A DNA stretch of 64,000 nucleotides, taken from NCBI GenBank assembly GCA_963836755.1, contig CAWIKF010000001.1:640001-704000 (forward strand), read 5' to 3'. Position numbers and translations under genes: made by a program. The stretch is from an uncultured Verrucomicrobiae bacterium. Lineage in GTDB: Bacteria; Verrucomicrobiota; Verrucomicrobiia; Chthoniobacterales; Chthoniobacteraceae. Positions 59,664-64,000 of the stretch are shown here, piece after piece (positions within the stretch are counted from its first letter, which is position 1; each line of letters opens with the position of its first letter). The notes under the pieces were generated by a model. It had not been told where the DNA came from. It saw only the letters and a list, made by a program, of their open reading frames with translations, and searched no databases.

Positions 59664-59942
59664 GGCGGTTGGTTCATTTTTGTGCGTTGGTCACACTCTC
59701 AAGGCGATGCTGCAAAAAAGACCGATAAGGCAGGGGATGAAACTCTTCATAAAGACTTAAAGGAAGTGGCAAAGGGGTGATGTATGAGATCGTTCCTATC
59801 GCCACGCGTCCAGCAGTGGAAGCATAACTTTTTTGCCAGTAGAACCGACTGTGTTGTGAACTATTTCGTTTGACTCTGCCATGCCTTTCTCCCATTCATG
59901 GCGCTCTTCCCCTTACTCAAAGAAGCTCTCGCAGTTATTCTT

Positions 59943-62195
59943 ATGCGCCGAAACTATCTCCTCGGAATCCTAGCTCTCATCTCCACCGCGTCCGCGCAAA
60001 CTCCTCCCACATCGGATGCGCCGACCAGCAGCCCCACGGTTAAAAGTTCCGCGGCCACTGTTATCCCCGTTGTTTCGACGCCGGTAACTTATACCAATCC
60101 TTCGCTCCCAGTCGCGCAACGCGTCGCCGACTTTATCTCGCGCCTTTCGCTGGCTGAGAAAGTGGCGCAATTGCAAAACGCAGCGCCCGCCATTCCCCGG
60201 CTCAAGGTTCCAGCCTACGACTATTGGAGCGAAGGTTTGCATGGGGTCGGCCGTGCGGGACTTGCCACGGTCTTTCCACAAGCCATCGGCATGGCTGCCA
60301 CTTGGGATATAGATCTCATCCATCGCGAAGGCCAGACGGTCGCCAACGAGGGCCGCGCGAAGTTTAATTCCTCCACGAAGGACAGGGGCAAACGCTTCCA
60401 CGGCCTTTGCTACTGGTCGCCCAACGTGAACATTTTCCGCGACCCGCGCTGGGGCCGAGGGCAGGAGACCTATGGCGAGGACCCGTTCCTCACCGGCCAT
60501 CTCGCGGTCGCGTTCATCACCGGCATCCAGGGCGATCCGCTCCACCCGGAAGCGCTCGCCTGCGCGAAGCATTACGCCGTCCACAGCGGGCCGGAGCCGG
60601 AGCGGCATCGTTTCAACGTCGATCCATCCGAGACCGACCTGCACGAGACCTATCTTCCCGCCTTCGAGCACTGCGTCCGCGATGGCCATGTCGGGCAGGT
60701 CATGAGTTCCTATAATGCCGTTTACGGCGTTCCTGTTCCCGCGAGCAAGCTGCTCCTCACCGACATTCTGCGCGATCAATGGGGCTTCGATGGCTACGTC
60801 GTTTCCGATTGCGATGCGGTGGCCGACGTTGTGCACGGCCATCATTACGTGAAGACAATGCCGGAAGCTGTCGCCGTCTCGCTAAAGGCCGGCACCGATC
60901 TCGACTGCGGCCGCGCCTACGCCGCCCTCGTCGAGGCAGTGGAGAAAAAGCTGGTCACGGAAAAGGAAATCGACACCGCGCTTACCCGTGTGCTGACCGA
61001 GCGGTTCCGCCTCGGCCTGTTCGATCCCTCGACGCCTTGGGACAAGCTCACCGAGGCCGACAACGACACGCCTGCCAGCTCCGCGCTCGCGCTGAAAGCT
61101 GCCTGCGAATCGATCGTGCTCCTGAAAAACGACGGACTGCTCCCTCTCGATCGCAGCAAGATCAAGCATCTCGCAATCATCGGCGGCAACGCGAAGGACA
61201 CCAACATGCTCCTGGGCAATTACAATGGCACGCCGTCCCATCCCGTCTCCATTTTTGACGGCATCACAACGGCGGCGGGCGCCAATGTGCAGGTCGATTA
61301 CGCCGCCGGGCCACCGCTGGCCGTCGCGGCGGGCACGATCATCGCCACCAACTCGCCCGCGTGGCAGGATGCAATGAAGATCGCGCAAGGCGCCGATGTC
61401 ATCATCTACGTCGGCGGGATTAATGGCGGCAAACTGGAAGGCGAGGAAATGCGCACCGTGCTCGACGGCTTCCTCGGCGGCGACCGCACGCGGATCGAAT
61501 TGCCCGAGGTGCAGGAAAAGTTCGTGCAGGCGCTCGGCGCGTTGCACAAGCCGGTCGTCTTTGTCAATTGCAGCGGCAGCGCCATGGCGCTGAAGTGGGA
61601 GGCAGCCAATCTGCCCGCCATCGTCCAGGCATGGTATCCCGGCGAGAATGGCGGAACGGCGGTCGGTGAAGTCCTCTTCGGCGACGCCAATCCCTCCGGT
61701 CACCTGCCGATCACCTTCTATGCAGCCACGGACGATCTTCCCGCCTTTACCGACTACAGCATGGCGAACCGCACCTACCGTTACTTCAGCGGCCAGCCGC
61801 TCTACGCCTTCGGCCACGGCCTCAGCTATACGAAGTTCGACTTCGGCGCGCCAAAGGTCAGCGCCACCACCGTCAATGCCAGCGGCAGGATTCATCTTAG
61901 CGTCCCGGTCACCAACTCAGGAGCGCGCGATGGCGATGAAGTCGTGCAGGTCTATGTGAAGCAGGCGAAAGCAGCCGAGCCGCAACTCGTGCACAGCCTC
62001 GCAGCCTTCCAGCGCATCACTGTGCCGAAAGGCGCCACCGTGAACGCCGAAATAACTCTGCCCGCGCATCAACTTCGCCGTTGGGACGTCGCGACGCATG
62101 CGTTCAAAATCGCGCCCGGTTCCTACGAGGTGCAGATCGGCGCAGCCTCGGACGATATCCGCCAGAGAGAGCAAATCACCGTCACAGCCGATTGA
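59943..62195 (+). CDS. Glycoside hydrolase family 3 (beta-glucosidase/xylosidase), exported
   Basis: WSEGLHG, RDPRWGRGQETYGEDP, KHY, VSDC nucleophile motif, FGHGLSYT, Fn3-like tail. Confidence 0.95.
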   Translation: MRRNYLLGILALISTASAQTPPTSDAPTSSPTVKSSAATVIPVVSTPVTYTNPSLPVAQRVADFISRLSLAEKVAQLQNAAPAIPRLKVPAYDYWSEGLHGVGRAGLATVFPQAIGMAATWDIDLIHREGQTVANEGRAKFNSSTKDRGKRFHGLCYWSPNVNIFRDPRWGRGQETYGEDPFLTGHLAVAFITGIQGDPLHPEALACAKHYAVHSGPEPERHRFNVDPSETDLHETYLPAFEHCVRDGHVGQVMSSYNAVYGVPVPASKLLLTDILRDQWGFDGYVVSDCDAVADVVHGHHYVKTMPEAVAVSLKAGTDLDCGRAYAALVEAVEKKLVTEKEIDTALTRVLTERFRLGLFDPSTPWDKLTEADNDTPASSALALKAACESIVLLKNDGLLPLDRSKIKHLAIIGGNAKDTNMLLGNYNGTPSHPVSIFDGITTAAGANVQVDYAAGPPLAVAAGTIIATNSPAWQDAMKIAQGADVIIYVGGINGGKLEGEEMRTVLDGFLGGDRTRIELPEVQEKFVQALGALHKPVVFVNCSGSAMALKWEAANLPAIVQAWYPGENGGTAVGEVLFGDANPSGHLPITFYAATDDLPAFTDYSMANRTYRYFSGQPLYAFGHGLSYTKFDFGAPKVSATTVNASGRIHLSVPVTNSGARDGDEVVQVYVKQAKAAEPQLVHSLAAFQRITVPKGATVNAEITLPAHQLRRWDVATHAFKIAPGSYEVQIGAASDDIRQREQITVTAD

Positions 62196-62297
62196 TCGCG
62201 CCGTGCCCCGACGGCCTGCCATTAATAAGAGCGAGGGCCGGCATCGGCTCGCCTGAACCTGCGGTTACGTCCTGAAAAAGTCCGCAGGCAAGCGAGG

Positions 62298-62846
62298 TTA
62301 TTGCGGCCCCGACTGCTCGATATCGAGCAGCTTCGGCCCGACGCGATGGCCCACGATTTTCATGGACCAAAAGAGCATCGAGTAAAAGCCGGCGACCGCC
62401 ACCAAAGTGACACCGGCCGCGGCCCAATGGTGAGCGCGCATGCGACTGAGCCTTGGCATAAAGGCAATCATCCCGAAAAGGCTTAGCACCACGATCACCG
62501 CATCGAAAGAAGCGCGCTGCCAGTAGCTGCCGCCCAGATGCAGCCACATCCCGAATTCATCGAACGTGAGCGCCATCCCGAAGCCATACAAAAACGCCAC
62601 CCATTTTCTGCCCGACTCACCCAGCGGCACGAACAAAAGGAACGCCCCCACCGCGGAGAGCAGAAAAATCCCGTAATTGAGATGGTGAACGTGCGTCCCA
62701 CCCAGATGCAGAAAAAAGTCCGGCATCTTCTTTGTCATGATCAGGATCACCAGCACCCTCGAAGCAATGAAAGTCAGCAAAAAAGTGGTGAACACCACGC
62801 GAGCGAGATGCCTGGTAGGCGAGGCCGGGGGAGGGGTGGAATCCAT
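62298..62846 (-). CDS. Integral membrane protein of unknown function
   Basis: GGTHVHHLNYGI and ALTFDEFGMWLHL motifs; ATG of MDSTPPP at 62846. Confidence 0.8.
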   Translation of the reverse strand: MDSTPPPASPTRHLARVVFTTFLLTFIASRVLVILIMTKKMPDFFLHLGGTHVHHLNYGIFLLSAVGAFLLFVPLGESGRKWVAFLYGFGMALTFDEFGMWLHLGGSYWQRASFDAVIVVLSLFGMIAFMPRLSRMRAHHWAAAGVTLVAVAGFYSMLFWSMKIVGHRVGPKLLDIEQSGPQ

Positions 62847-62966
62847 GGATTTGAACAAGTAAACAGCCTGCCCTCGCCGAGACTGCCACGCAACGCGAGG
62901 CGCGCGCAAGCCCGGACTGCCCCCGTTTCCGAACCCGCCCATAAAGCGCATAAAAACCGCGAGCCT

Positions 62967-63253
62967 GCAGTATTACATGAAGCGGATGACATATCACACG
63001 ACGACCGTGCAGTATTACATCGTCACCATGCTTGTGCTGCATGGCGACCGTGCAGTATTACACGACGACCATGTAGTGCTACATGGAGACCGTGCAGTAT
63101 TACATGGCGACCATGCAGTGCTACATGATGACCGTGCAGTATTACATCGCGACCATGTTGTGCTGCATGACGACCGCGCAGTATCACATGACGACCATGT
63201 AGTGCTACATGGAGACCGTGCAGTATTACATGGCGACCATGCAGTATGACATT
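62967..63253. repeat. 21-bp tandem array #4 (13 units plus a partial), same family as #3
   Basis: Same units as 58897-59245; one 22-bp unit at 63030. Confidence 0.95.
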
Positions 63254-63436
63254 CGTCGGATCCTTTTTGACTGCATCAGGCGGGTTTACTCTGTTGACCG
63301 TCTGATCCGGTCTGCGTGCGGGGAATCACATTGGCCGCCCCGCGGCATTTCTGCTAAGCCTCCGGCAGGACGATCTCCGCATGCTCACGGAACAGATAAC
63401 GCCATCGACCAGGCCCACGCCAAAGTCCGTGCTCTC

Positions 63437-63503
63437 GGCGAGCATCGATTTGAAAAAATCCGTCCTCCGCCAAGATGGGCGAGCATCGATTTGAAAAAAT
63501 CCG
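63437..63503. repeat. 26-bp direct repeat, two copies 41 bp apart
   Basis: GGCGAGCATCGATTTGAAAAAATCCG at 63437 and 63478. Confidence 0.85.
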
Positions 63504-63728
63504 GCCTCCCCGAGCCTCGGCGCCACCCTATTATATAATCGCGAAAAAGTCCCATACCTCCGGCGGAATTTAGCTCGACCGCCGAGGCCGCACTCCATTA
63601 CACGGCGGCATGACGGCGAGGAAGCCAGCAGCAGCCAAAGAGCGGACAAAAATAGGCGAAACTTCTTTCGCCTTTAATTACGAACCTTCGCCTAAATCTC
63701 GTTAGGCCTAGCAACACAGTCCAAAGTG

Positions 63729-64000
63729 ATGAACGCGAGATTTGTCTTCAGCCTCTTTACTATATTGTTGGTTTGCTCATGCGCTTCCCATAAGCCCGCT
63801 GAGCCAGTTAGCGAGTCCGGTGATCGTAGTGCTACGACTACGACACGAGCATCGTTTCACATTGAGACGACGGGACTCGAAGGAGACGAGCCTTCGCCTC
63901 ACTACTGGGTAGTTTCCGGCACTCAAAGGGTTCCGCTTCCTAATCTACCGCACCCAGATAACACGACTTGCCCCGGGGCAGAGTTCACGATCTCGCCCGA
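63729..64000 (+). CDS. Putative lipoprotein, runs off the window end
   Basis: MNARFVFSLFTILLVCSCASH..; open to 64000; GTTAGGC ends 21 bp upstream. Confidence 0.6.
   Translation, partial: MNARFVFSLFTILLVCSCASHKPAEPVSESGDRSATTTTRASFHIETTGLEGDEPSPHYWVVSGTQRVPLPNLPHPDNTTCPGAEFTISP

Noticed and set aside
58732..63313. The duplicated ~0.5-kb segments as a DGR TR/VR pair or composite-transposon ends
   Set aside because: No reverse transcriptase or transposase; differences are not adenine-specific; copy 1 is a self-contained insertion inside a gene

Overview
GC-rich bacterial chromosome segment. Gene content and synteny suggest Verrucomicrobiota, possibly Chthoniobacterales (inference, not verified). 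Most of the window is housekeeping: xerC, amtB-glnK with a sigma54 promoter, rpsN, panE, PNP, nuoB/nuoC (nuoC has a +1 frameshift), gluQ, acpS-pdxJ-purH, fmt, adk, SRP RNA, sucA-sucB, an HtrA protease, a Wsp-like chemosensory cluster, kdsA-lptCAB-hpf-hprK-ptsH-ptsI-rpe, folC and a GH3 glycosidase. The accessory patches (5.6-6.0, 12.8-16.1, 55.3-59.9 and 62.8-64 kb) hold three notable structures. (1) Four 21-bp-period tandem arrays of three different DNA sequences; units are often palindromic and each array encodes a similar x-x-D-x-R-x-V/T heptad in one frame. One array lies just upstream of an uncharacterised helical + FN3-like gene. (2) A decaying cluster of ~60-bp attC-like sites bounding gene cassettes, with no integron integrase in the window. 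(3) A 572-bp array-carrying segment inserted precisely into a cassette gene, creating an in-frame chimera; a diverged second copy lies 4 kb away.
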